A DNA stretch of 63,277 bases, the filler included, from Vermamoeba vermiformis (lineage: Eukaryota), in assembly GCA_045837725.1 (NCBI GenBank). It is 5 parts of 5 records of this genome, joined end to end, with 100 filler letters (N's around TTAATTAATTAA, not from the genome) between each part and the next. Parts side by side here need not be neighbours in the genome. Positions count along the whole stretch, not along the records: positions 1 to 29,223 come from JBEWZL010000159.1; 4 more parts are not named here. One strand, written 5' to 3'. The notes under the pieces were generated by a model. The model saw only the letters and a program-made list of their open reading frames with translations, was not told where the DNA came from and did no database searches. This document shows positions 14,601 to 26,672 of this stretch, piece by piece. Position 1 is the first letter of the stretch. Each line of letters starts with the position of its first letter. Made by a program: the position numbers and the translations under genes.

Positions 14601-14997
14601 CCACATCGTCAGTTGCCGCAGAAAGTGTTAGCATGTTACATGCGATTTGGCGCACTTCAAAAATTAAATTAACCTCACCAATATGGTTACTAGCACTTAC
14701 TCTTCGGATTTAGATCACCTGCGGTCACCTTCTTTTGCCCCATTTCTACGGCCAAGTTCCAAAAATCGTAGGCGGTCTTGCGCAACGTGTACGTATCCTG
14801 GCGATTTAAAACGGGTAGCTTTGATATAGAGGTGCGTAGTTTAGGCAGCAGATCTGCCTCAGTCTCTTTAACTCCTCCGCTCTTAAGCTTTTTCTCGATC
14901 TCAATGACCAACGCTGTAGGTAAGTTAGATCAGCATAGTACTTTTAATTATCCTGTCTCTTACCCTCAACGACCTCAACGCTATTCAAGTCATCCAT
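11602..14997 (-). CDS. TEX11: Meiotic ZMM TPR protein ZIP4/SPO22/TEX11
   Basis: TPR-like helical exons: AYNFG, AAKWLERS..KQARTLRLLCNCY, TAWNMG, WLLANSYNNGV..AEKWIGLAMKF..YESEVMGSYS. Confidence 0.85.
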
Positions 14998-15471
14998 TTG
15001 TACTGCTTTTGTGGGCTTCAGTTATGAAATTGAAGAAAAATGATGCCAGTACACGAACAGCCAAAAAAAAAAACTGCGTTCAGTGAACGAAAAAGGCGCC
15101 AACCATGCACTGATACAGTGATAACTATTGATGATTTATCGATTTATCATGCAATTCCTTTAAGACTTTGCGATATTTTAACATTTAAAGGCAATGCGAG
15201 CGAAAAGTTTTTAGGGCTTAATATTGAATTCTAATCGTCATTCAACGAACAATAGGCTATAATTAACTCCATTATCGTAATTACATAGGTCAATTCTAAT
15301 AACGTCGCGCTATATTTAAATAACACTCGAAATTTCATAATACATTTAGATTTCAATAAAAACTCGATCAATATTAATTATCTGGCCTTGCTGGGCCTGT
15401 CTCAAAGCTGTAAATTATCATTGTTAAATATTTTTCATACGACAAACACAGATCCGTACTCTTTTTTTCCG

Positions 15472-18400
15472 ATGGATCCAAGCTCTAAAATTATTGTCGC
15501 TATGATGCGACTTCCTTTTCAAAAGGAGACTAACACCAAAATTAAAGAGAAGAGTGCTCGCATTAACTCTGATCGCGGCTACGGTGTAGTCGTCTCAGCA
15601 GTGCGAAGCATGCGTAAACGAGGCATCAATTGTACATGGGTTGGATCTTGGTATGACAAGGGCGAAGAAAATAAAAAGCTCCAGGACAGCCTAGGCCCCA
15701 ACTAGTAAGTTATAAATATATGACATATTTCGAAAATCTTTAGTTTGGTACGGCGCTGCAGCTCGGATCAAACTTTCGAAAATAATCAAAAATTCGGTTA
15801 CGTGTATAATTGCGTATTATCATATTTATCCGGCAATTTATGACCGGTTATTTCAATCATAATTATTTGGCTTGCAAACAAAGTCGATCTCAGATCAAAA
15901 TTCATTCAGAACTCTCTATGATAAATCACTAACATATGTCCATATTAAAAGCGTACCAATCTTTCTTCCGGCCCAATTGGAAGAAAATTACTATGCAGGC
16001 TTTTGCAAGCAAGTATTATGGCCTCTTCTTCATTATCAAATGATCCAAAGCTCTTTCAACATGAAGTGGTGGAATGCTTACGTCTTGGCCAATGAAATTT
16101 TTGCCGATACTATTGCCAAGATATACAAGAAAGGGGATCTGATATTTATTCAAGGTAAGTAAATCGCACCAATTATCTTTGAAAATTACATTATAAACGC
16201 GTAAAATTAATATTCGAAAGGACACAAAGAAATTCGATTATTATTTAATTATGGCTAATTTATATGTATTTTTAGATTATCATTTGATGCTCTTACCAAA
16301 GCTACTGCGTGAGCGCTTGCCTGACGCTAAGATCGGCTTTTTCTTGCATACTCCTTTCCCAAGTAAGTCATATATTGTATATATGATCGAATTGAGCGTT
16401 TTAATCCTGATTTAATCACGCTTGAATTTTGGTTTTCCTTTTTATTAATTTTATTCGATCTAGCTTCCGAACTCTACAGAACTTTGGCTCCGCGTACTGA
16501 TATCCTCAAGGGATTACTAGGCGCTAACTTATTAGGCTTCCAAACGTGGGACTACTCTCGTCACTTTTTCAGTACTTTGACCCGCATCCTTGGTGTAGAG
16601 TTCAATCACCGAGGTACGTAAATACTAATCCACTATTATAATGTAATCATACTAATCAATTCAATATTAATAGGCATTCCCGACTACTGCGATTACGAAG
16701 GAGCACCCGAAAGAACTATTGATGTGACTATTACTCCTACTGGTATTAATGCCAGCGCCTTCTTGGAGACATTAGACTCTGCTGAAGGCAAAGAAGCAAT
16801 CAGAAAATTACGCGCAGGATTCAAAGACTTGAAAGTCATTGTTGGCCGGTACGTGATCCGCAGCATCCGCTTTGAACCACAAAATTTTAATCGGTCTTTT
16901 GTTCCTTAGCGATCCTATTGATACTACTAAGGGTATTATCGAGAAGTTCTTGGCGTTCGAACAGTTTTTAATTGCTTACCCTGAATGGCAAGGCAAAGTC
17001 GTCTTAGTTCAAAACTGTTTGCCTCCTGTGAACTTGGTTAACGATGACGACGAGCACAATCCCAATGCCGAAACATTGGCCAGCTTAATCAACGAGTAAG
17101 CTTATATTTTAATTCCACTCTGGATCTTGCGTTTCTGACATTTCCTTTTTTAGACATGTCGGTAGAATTAATGGTTTGTTCGGCGTCGCTGATTACAGCC
17201 CGATCCATTACAGCACTACTGAACTCACTTGGCCCGAGTTATGTGCTTTGTATCAAATCGGTAAGTCCTAACACAGCCACCCTATCTTACAGAGACTAAT
17301 TGTTCTGCCTAGCCGACGTTTGCTTGGTTACTCCCCTTCGTGACGGACTCAACTTGACCTCACACGAGTACATTGTGTACGTATTGGCCACTAGTATTAT
17401 ATTGACAGACTGACTAACGTCGGTATATTAGGTGTCAAAATAATAAGCCCAATGGTCCTGGTGTCATGATTCTTAGTGAATTTGCCGGTGCCAGTCAATC
17501 GCTCTCAGGTGCTGTTCGAATCAACCCTTGGAACAGCGAGCAAATGGTTCAAGCAATCAACGCTGCCTTGTTGATGAGCCCGAACGAACGTGCCACCAAA
17601 CACGAGCACAACTTTGCTTATGTAACTTCAAACACATCGGAGGTCTGGGCAAAGGCATTCCTTGACGAGCTTAGTGCTGGCGAGACTACAGGTAAATTGA
17701 CACTTTTGACATTTTGACACGATGAATCTTTGGATCTAATTATCACTTCAGACGCCACCGATGCTCTTCACAAGGCTCCCAAGAAGCTTGACATGGAGTT
17801 GTTGCATCACAAGTACCGCAACTCGAAGAAGCGAATCTTCTTCTTGGACTACGACGGCACTCTTGTTGCTATTGCCGCGAAGCCTCACTTAGCAGTACCG
17901 ACCGACAAGATGCTCGATATCATCCGCAAACTCGCCTCTGTAAGTTTATTGGCATCTCACATCTGACCATTTATTAACACGTGAACGAATAGGACGAGAA
18001 GAACACTGTCTACATTGTCAGCGGACGTGACCGCGAGTCATTAGAACGATTCGTAGGCTCTCTGCCTGTCGGATTCTCAGCCGAGCACGGTTGTTTCATC
18101 AAAGCTCCTGGTGAGAAGGACTGGGAGAACATTGTGGCTGGCTGGGACCAGTCGTGGAAAGACACCATTTACTCGATTTTCAAGGACTACCAAGACCGCA
18201 CTCCTGGTTCAATGGTCGAGCGTAAGAACGTCAACATTACATGGCATTACAGAAACAGTGATCCTGACTACGGCTCATGGATGTCTCGCGAACTTTTGTC
18301 TCACTTGCGCGACACTATTGCCGCGAAATTCCCCGTCGATGTACTTGTAGGCAAAAAGGCTATTGAAGTCAGACCTAAGGGTGTTAGCAAGGGCACTGCT

Positions 18401-18705
18401 CTCAAGAGAATTTTGACGACTGATGCCGCCAATGATCCTTACGACTTCATTATGTGCTTGGGTGATGATAAGACTGACGAAGGTAAGCCAGATCTGCAGT
18501 TTCATGAACGAAGAACAAGATCGCTAATAATTTATTTCCTTATTTAGACATGTTCAATGCATTGCAAGACAATCACGAAGAGCATACTTATCCCGATAAC
18601 ACAATAACTGGTATTGTCGGCAAGAAGCCATCTGACGCTCAATATTTCCTTGAGGGTCAACCTCAAGTACTGACTGTACTCGAGTCCTTGGTAAACTTGG
18701 CTTAA
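15472..18705 (+). CDS. Bifunctional trehalose-6-phosphate synthase/phosphatase
   Basis: YYAGFCKQVLWPLLHY, DYHLMLLP, GFFLHTPFP, RDGLNL, ILSEFAGA, FLDYDGTL, AEHG, GDDKTDEDMF. Confidence 0.95.
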
Positions 18706-18897
18706 ATTAATCCAATTGCCCTTTTGTACATTTTCATTTTCATCGTCAATAAAAAAAGTATTTTTAGTTCCGGATCTTCAAGCACCCGTACAAATAATAA
18801 ATAATATTTTATTTACACTAACGACGTCGTCTAATAAATAAAGCTATGTTCGCTATCTATTCGCATTTTTGGGATTAAAAAAAATGAGCCTAGTTCA

Positions 18898-20901
18898 TTA
18901 CGATGATTCGTCGCTGCTCGAAGTAGTTTGTCTTTTAGCCTTTGTAGCTGCAGAGCCATCAATTCGTTCTTTTTCTCCGTCTACATTAGCCTTGCCTAAA
19001 TAACTAAATTAAGGACCTTGCGTTTGTAACGGGATCTAACTCCATTAAAATTGCCTTTTAAAATTAAAATAGCATAAATATGGTCGTATACTTACTCGTC
19101 TCCTTCTTTGGTTTATTTTCAGAGCTCTCACTTTGATTCGTTGATGGGAATGTACTGACAGAGCTCGAGGAATGCATCGACATTCGTTTCATGCGCAACA
19201 GATCATTGGCTGAACGACTGTGAATTATAGACTTGCGTTCTAAGATGTCTCGAGCTGGGGGCTATAAATATTATAAAAATTAGTTTCTACTACTAATACA
19301 TCCGTAACCACGTAATTGAATTTTTGTCTGTATTGATCTATGATTGTGAAATATTAAAATATATGCTTACACCAAACAGGTCGTCAAAGTAGTACAATAA
19401 TAGTCGCAAAACTTTTGAGCCTTTGGCCAGATCTTTCGTTTTAATTTTGTTGACTGCGTTATCAGGTCTCAATATGCAATATCCAATTGACTATACCATA
19501 ATAAGATGTTAATATTAACATACATAATATAACCGGTTGAATTAAAAATATAGAAACTAATGTAAGCCCGTGTAACGATCGAATTTGTACTGATTTTTGG
19601 ATCTGCCACGCTTTCAATTAAAATGCAATAAATCTGTAATACTAGTATTATAAGTAAGATAATAACGTACTTGTAAGATCTTTCCGCTCATTTCTTCGCT
19701 CGTGAACCAATCGTCGGCTACGCCTTTCAAACATTGGAAAACCTACAAAAGGAATTAGAATCGTAGTACAAATTATTCATCATGCGCAATAAGTGCACTA
19801 TTATCGTTATTATAATGATGTAATCTGAAAATAGTTCATAGAATCAAAGCAAGCGATAGCGCAATGAAAACCGATTAAATTTCGTATCTTTTAGATTTCA
19901 AATTGCTTAATATGTACATATTATATAATCCTTATAACTTACTCGTTTAGCTGCATTTGAATGTATTTTAGGCAAACTGTCCATCTAATAACAAAAAGGA
20001 ATTAGTCGAGAGGAATTGAAAATTACAACCGCTTAATTTAATTTACTAAAATATTAATAATAAGGTGCATATAATAATATAATTGTATTCATCGGTTATA
20101 AGTTGTAGCTTGATATAATATTGCGGTACATAATTAACGTTAAGTTTGCATACCAATTTTTTAACGCTTTCTCTGCCGTCGCCTTTATCATCATAACCTA
20201 CAAATAATAGACATATTAAGTTACGTCTAGAACTAAGAAAATTAATTATTCCGCAATCGAATGCGTAGTAATAAAATTAAATTTTTGCTTTTTTTAGAGC
20301 GATCTGGATGTTATCCCACGCTTCAAATAGTTTAACTATAAGGCTGATATTTCCATATATTATTCGTAAAACTTACCTTTAAACTTTTTCTTAATAATTT
20401 GACACAAGGGTTTGAAAGTAGCGCACGGCAAGATGGGTTCCGGCAACAATTTTAAATAGAGCTTGAATGCTCCTGCAATAGTTTGTACATCTTCGCTTTG
20501 AGGGATTTTTAAATCGCCCATTGATAATTGTCGGCGCAGGTCAGCGACCTCCTTTGCCGTCTCGCTAGCCAATAAAAGCTGGTCGCCATCTATGCCTAAA
20601 ATAGAATTTAAATTAAAATCGACACAATATGCTATTATTTTTGATCGAGTATTAAAGTATATGCTAGTTGAGTCTTTAATTGCCAGAATTTTTTTGCGAA
20701 TCCTCGGTTTAAAATAAAATAGAAGGAATACTTACCTCTCGTTTCGATATGAAGTGCTAATAATTCTAATACTACTGGAATCTCGTGGTTAGGAATTTCT
20801 GCGCCGATAACTTCTGTTTCTTTCGTGATGGCGTCTTCTAACCGTAAACCAAACAGATCTTTACGGCCACCTCGCGGTGTTGTTTGACCTGAATCCGTCA
20901 T
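18898..20901 (-). CDS. RhoGAP-domain protein
   Basis: LFGLRLED..IPVVLE, DVQTIAGAFKLYLKLLPEPILP, IGYCILRP; multi-exon. Confidence 0.8.
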
Positions 20902-21333
20902 TTAAACTATGGATGTAAAGACTAGTTGTGGTCGTTTACTTAGAATTCAGAAAATAATGGCGAAATGATTGCGTATCCCAAAGCGAACAAAAAATCTCAT
21001 TCAATACGTGATTGACACAATCCCCGAAAAGAAAGAAGAACTGTTTAAGAATCATTAACGCATCACTACTGCTTAATCTGCTGGTCAGATGGCGAGAAGG
21101 TTGCGCGGAATCGAACGCCTATTGGGGGATCCGATCTTTTAGTGGATTCAGTTCGTAACATAGATGAAAGAAATTCGGCTTGAAGCGATACGAAAACTTC
21201 TTTCGTTATGATATGATGAATAAGAATTTTGGTGTAGGAAGGTTGGCCGCTACACAAGTTTTATCCCAATTTGGTTGTTATTAATTTTTTTTTGACGGAG
21301 AAGTGATACACGACTCAGTATTATTATTTAAAT

Positions 21334-22375
21334 ATGGGTAGTGGTTCATCTCGTGCCCTTACAGGCTCCAACAGCCTGGTGAGTGCTTTAACAAATCCAG
21401 CTCAATCTGGAGGAGTCCAACGCTCAATTTGGAATAGAGAGGCATATATCGTCGTTAAAACACGCAAAGAATTTTTAGAGCTTTATAAGTAAGTTATAAA
21501 GTCTTTTCAAAGACAAATCCGCGAACTTACTATTTATTTGCATAAATGGCACCAATAATTCGCAATAATAATAGTATATCCATAAAATAGTACTTACGGT
21601 GCGCTTATATTATTTAACTGCGTAAGAAGCCTCTTACAATTTATTTTCGTATTTTAATCCAATATCTGTGGAAACCCAAAAATCTTTCGTATTTTTATTA
21701 TATTATCGAGATTATTAATATTATTATTATTTATTAATATTTATTTTCGTAATATTAGAGCCGAGCCTCAATTTGCTCAAGCAGTCTCTGCTTCCGTTTC
21801 GGCCGCATCTGGTGCTGCAAATAACAACCCCGCTGAAGGACCGCTTGCCTCATTTGTAAGTCTTGTCGAACTTGTTTTAAAATGCAAATAATATCGGTCT
21901 CCATCAAGTTTGAACTGCTACGATTGGATCCTGATATTTCATCCTTTAGGCTTTGAGCTTGCTGTTCTATAACCCCAAATCCGAGCAAAAGATTAATATC
22001 AACGATAAACCTCGTTCATTTATTAACTTTGGAGACCTTCAACGATTTTTCCCTCAAGAGCTCAGTCAAAACAACACAACCACATCCGCTCCTGAAGCAC
22101 AACAACCAGACTTTGTAGCCACTGTTAGTGAACGCTTAGCCAACGCCGTCGACCGTGTCTCGTCAAGGACTTTCGAGCCTTTGATTGATGACCCTGCTAC
22201 TTACAAGGGCAACGCTGGTTTCTTGCCTGCTATGGAAGTGTCCGAGCCAGCCCCCTCACGCTCGCTAAAAGAGTTGTTGAAGAGTGTGGACCTCAAAGCA
22301 CTTATTTTGCCTGCTGCCTTGACTGTCGGCATCGCTGCTAGCCTCGCTCAGTTGAGAACCTTCGTTCGTGCCTAA
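21334..22375 (+). CDS. Hypothetical protein, possible N-myristoylation and C-terminal hydrophobic anchor
   Basis: MGSGSS start, exons with highly-expressed-type codon bias, C-terminal ALILPAALTVGIAASL. Confidence 0.55.
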
Positions 22376-22621
22376 ACACAAGGCATTTTTGTACAGTACT
22401 GTAAAGAGCCGTTTTTGTAGATCTGAAAGGCCCTAGTCGAAGTAGTATATATTAGATATTCATTATGTATCCCCATATCGCCACAGCTGTAAATAAATAA
22501 TGGTATTTTCGAAAAATAGCGCGGATCCAGATCAAAGGGTGGCCAAGATTTGTGTTTTTCGGATTATGGGTTTATTTTTTGTTATTATATTCAATTTCCA
22601 CACACAAGATGTGCACCAAAC

Positions 22622-23769
22622 TTAACGGTTGGATTTAGCAACACGTTCGATTTCGTCTTTCTTCTTGATGGCAAAGCTGTTGGACGAACCCTTGGCAGCG
22701 TTGATCAATTCGTCAGCCAAGCACTCAGAGACGCTCTTGATGCTACGGAAGGCAGATTCACGAGCACCAGTGGTGAGCAAGTAGACAGCGGTGTTAACAC
22801 GACGCAAAGGAGAAACGTCGACGGCTTGTCTGCGGACGGTACCAGCAGAACCGACACGGGTCGAGTCTTCACGAGGACCAGAGTTGATGACGGCCTTAAC
22901 CAAGACTTGGAGGGGGTTCTCACCAGTCAAAAGGTAGATGATTTCGAAGGCGTGTTCAACAATCTTAACCTGTTGAAGGAAACAAAAATTAGTCAATCTG
23001 ATTCGATCGAAAAATTATTGATAGTAGATTTTCTAGCTATTACACTGTTCTTAGATATACAAAAATTATAATATTCGTTGTTTGAATACTTACAGCCATC
23101 ATCTTTTTACCGTTGTTGCGACCGTGCATCATGATAGAGTTAGACAAACGCTCAACAATGGGGCAGAGAGCCTTTCTGAATCTCTTCTTGTTGTATCTGC
23201 CAGCAGTGTGGGGCAAGTATTGCTTGTACTTCTCACGCTCGTTGACAGCGATGTAATCCTGAAGAGATGAGAAGTCAGCACTGATTCCACATTACATATT
23301 CGCAGAGCGATTTAATTTAAGCCCTATTATTAAATGAAACATGGGGACTGTTTGTTTTACCGTGAAAGTGCGAAGGAAAAGGAGAGGTAATTTAATAATT
23401 TGATCCACAATAATTATCATATTATTTTTCTCCTGCAACACTTACTCTGAGAGACTTGTCGATTTGGGCGACTTGGACATCATCGTAAGTCCTATGAGAA
23501 TAAATTATTAATTCGAGCTTTGATTAAGCACACAATAAAAATTAATAATTCGACATCAAGTTGTTTTAAAACGCTGAAAAATACTGAAGGCTATTGACAC
23601 GTAAAAATATCCATGTATTAATTATTTGTTATTCTATTAGGCCTCCAGTATTTAATTTAGCAGCATATTTTCCAATTTGTTCGTTTTCAATCTGATTTGG
23701 CTGTATTAATCGCAATATATACCATTTGTTGAAGAGTTTAACGGTGGAAGAACCGGTAACAAGTGCCAT
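22622..23769 (-). CDS. RPS5: 40S ribosomal protein S5 (uS7)
   Basis: [53 protein letters not shown]. Confidence 0.98.
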
Positions 23770-23796
23770 CTTGTATGTGTTGCTTATTTGACCACA

Positions 23797-23815
23797 AAGG
23801 AACAGGAAAGAGAGC
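23797..23815 (-). promoter_or_regulatory. Pyrimidine tract (5'TOP/TCT-like) upstream of RPS5
   Basis: Minus strand reads CTCTCTTTCCTGTTCCTT about 30-45 nt before the RPS5 ATG. Confidence 0.4.
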
Positions 23816-23930
23816 AAATGCTCGTCCACGAAAAAGATTCAAAACCAAACCCTGACTTAACCACAAAAAATAAATTTGATAAAAAGTGGTTTCGTGACTT
23901 AATCATTTTCACAACCGCTAAATTGCCTGT

Positions 23931-25145
23931 ATGTTTCGTACGACAAACACAATCGCAAAGCTAATATCGCCCATTGCAATTCGTTCTTTCAGTACTCGAA
24001 CTAGTCACAAAATGCAATCCGGTTTGTGGGATGATGTCAAGTCCGCCACTTCTAAAGCTCAGAAAGAAGGATGGCTGTACACAATAAAAACAACACCCGA
24101 GCACATGCAACATTCGGGCGTAAAGGTAAATATTAGAGCGCCGCTAATATTTTAATATTTTTTTGCAATTATTTATTTTTGCCTTGTCCTTTAGTTCTTA
24201 CTTCGCGTCGCTACATCGTTGGCAGCAAAGCCATCGGGTGATTTGGGTAAAGAAAATGAAAAAAAGCAAAACTCTTCTAAGCCCGCTGATCCGTTCGAAA
24301 ACCCATCTACTCAGGACCTGTTCGTTAAGGAGCTTACTTCCACACATAGCCTAATGCTCAACAAATTTAATATATCCTTAGATTGCACATCGTTAAATTA
24401 CACAATCTCTTTTCATACGATTTATCCATAACTCACGCGACACGTCTCTGATTACCACGTGCTCATCGTCACAAACGACTTCCAACATCAAAGTGAGCCT
24501 TTGAACGAATCAGACTTCGAGGCTATGAAGCTTGTCATCGAGGAAATGAACGGAATTGGATTTTACAACGCTGGAGAGTTATCCGGAGCAAGGTATTTAA
24601 CACGTGTCTTTCGTGCAGAAAACTGACTCGTTTAACAGTCAACCTCACAAACACATGCAAGTTATTCCACTAGGAACCGATGAAAAGCTGCCCGTGGATG
24701 ATATTATTGAAAAATCAAAGGCGCCGAAGGATGTGGTACACGTGATCCCGGATCTGCCTTATGTAAATAGATGTTGTGTATTCTCAGATTACAGCACGAA
24801 GTACTTGCACGATGTATATGGAAGAGTCATGCGCGAGGTCTTTGACGATCTCAAAAAGGTACTGCTCGATATTAAGGCAACGATAATGTACTTACTTTAG
24901 ATCAGACGATCGACGACGGATCGCTTCAAATGGAAAAAATGAGCTACAACTTCTTAATGACTAAAAAGTGGATGATGATAGTACCTCGTAGATTGCCGGA
25001 GTACGAGGGACTGAGCGTCAATTCACTCGGAATGGTCGGCTGGTTCTTCGTGAAGAATGACATGCAATTGAACAAACTGAAGAATGTTGGGCCGATGAAC
25101 GTACTGCAAGCCGTTGCGTATGCCAAGCAGAACTCATCACTGTAG
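23931..25145 (+). CDS. Ap4A phosphorylase / ATP adenylyltransferase (Apa1/Apa2-like), putative mitochondrial presequence
   Basis: DPF, LNKFN|VSDYHVLIVT, FYNAG..SGASQPHKHMQ, YNFLMT..WMMIVPR, SVNSLG. Confidence 0.9.
24372..24443 (+). other. U12-type (minor spliceosome) AT-AC intron
   Basis: 5' ATATCCTT; branch TTATCCATAAC ending 11 nt before the terminal AC; removal restores NKFN-VSDYHVLIVT and removes an in-frame TAA. Confidence 0.88.
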
Positions 25146-25177
25146 ATAAATTGGAACGTAAGTTCTTTAACCATTAT

Positions 25178-26471
25178 TTATTTACAAGTACACGTAACTT
25201 CATTATTGGTGATTTGAATTTTCTTCCGATTTTCTTCGCATGCAATCTTATTGCACTGAAGTTTCAAGCACGGCAGCGAGAACGGCGAGGCAGTGCAGTC
25301 GGTATCGTCCATGTACTTATATACTTTGATGCCCGAGTTTTGTTCGTTGATCAAGCTCAAGTACTGCTCGTTTGGAAAATCTGTGTTGGGGTCTAGTGTT
25401 GTAAATAACTTGCTAGTCAAGTATTTCTTCACACTGGCTTGCGGAATGGGCAAGAACGGAATAACTGAGACGCGCATGCGAGAGCCTAACATGTTACTGA
25501 ACGGCAGTTAGTTGAGAACGACTTGATCTCCAAGCACGCTTACGTACCTGAACGTCGAGTTGAACATGATATCGGTGATATTCTGGGCCAGAGTGACAGT
25601 GTCAAGGTATTTGTGCCGTGGTTCTCCGTTTACATTAGTACGATACTGACTCATCGCTTGCCAGATTTCAGCCTGCCGACAGCATTAGATTAGCCTTCGT
25701 GCTACAGTCATGCGTGGTACTACGTACTTTTTGAGCGTAGGTCTTAGAAACACCGAACTCAAAAAAATATATCGCTTTCGAACCATCGACGGTTTTTTTG
25801 TTCGGCAGAGACAGATGTCGAACGTCTTGGAGGACTTGAATAATGTCAGAAGTTCTATGATGCATTTCTGCGCTTTTAAACTGTATAATGGTGTATTCGC
25901 ACGCATTGATAATCTGAATAGACATTAAGTTTCAGATAATTCTAACTCCTGAACTAAATCTACCTCGAAAATTCTTTTACGGATTGCGCCTAAGCTTAAT
26001 TCGGCTATGTCGATAGTGGCGACTTTTCCCGCATTGCTGCCAAACCAAACTTGAATTGCGTTAGTTGGTAACAGATCTTGATTGATCGGTCTCACGCACT
26101 GTACCTTTGAGAGTTGCATTGATAAGTTCATATTGTCCCAAATCTTCATTTGCGGGATAGAGGAATAGCATAATCAAAGCAGAGGTATCGTGAGATTGCG
26201 AGCGTTTAGCCTGAAAAGAATAAGTTCAAAACAAAAGAATTGATGGTTTCAATTTACTTACGAATCTTTCGTCGAAATGATAGCGTAATCTAGGTATAAC
26301 AAGGTGATCAAATGGGGTTTGATCGTATTTGCGTGCCAAGTCAGTTAAAAGTTGGTACTGTTCCAAATCCATTCTTGTTGCGCATGGGATCTCATTGTCC
26401 TCGCAGGCCAAGATTGCGGCCAAAGTGAGTACAATCAATACGGTAAGTATTTTGCCAGTAGTTGATGCCAT
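25178..26471 (-). CDS. Hypothetical secreted protein, multi-exon
   Basis: Signal peptide MASTTGKILTVLIVLTLAAILAC; chain of ORFs separated by GT-AG introns; Cys-rich C-terminus. Confidence 0.6.
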
Positions 26472-26672
26472 ATCTACAGTGGTAGTGAGTTACGTAATGA
26501 TTGGTGCGGACAGATTAAATACTTTGATAAAGAATTGAAAATGGAAATGGTGACGAGGCAGGCAAAAATATCGCCCAACTTTTTTACCCGCAAAAGAATA
26601 GGATTTTTCTTCGACCCAACATGCATAAAACGTTTGTCAAGTCATTAGTTTTAAAGCCGAATCTCAAACACG

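Noticed and set aside
22550-23071. 173-aa + strand ORF
   Set aside because: Antisense shadow of codon-biased RPS5.
23260-23445. Intronic snoRNA in RPS5
   Set aside because: No convincing box C/D pair or terminal stem; the CTGA is explained by the branch site.
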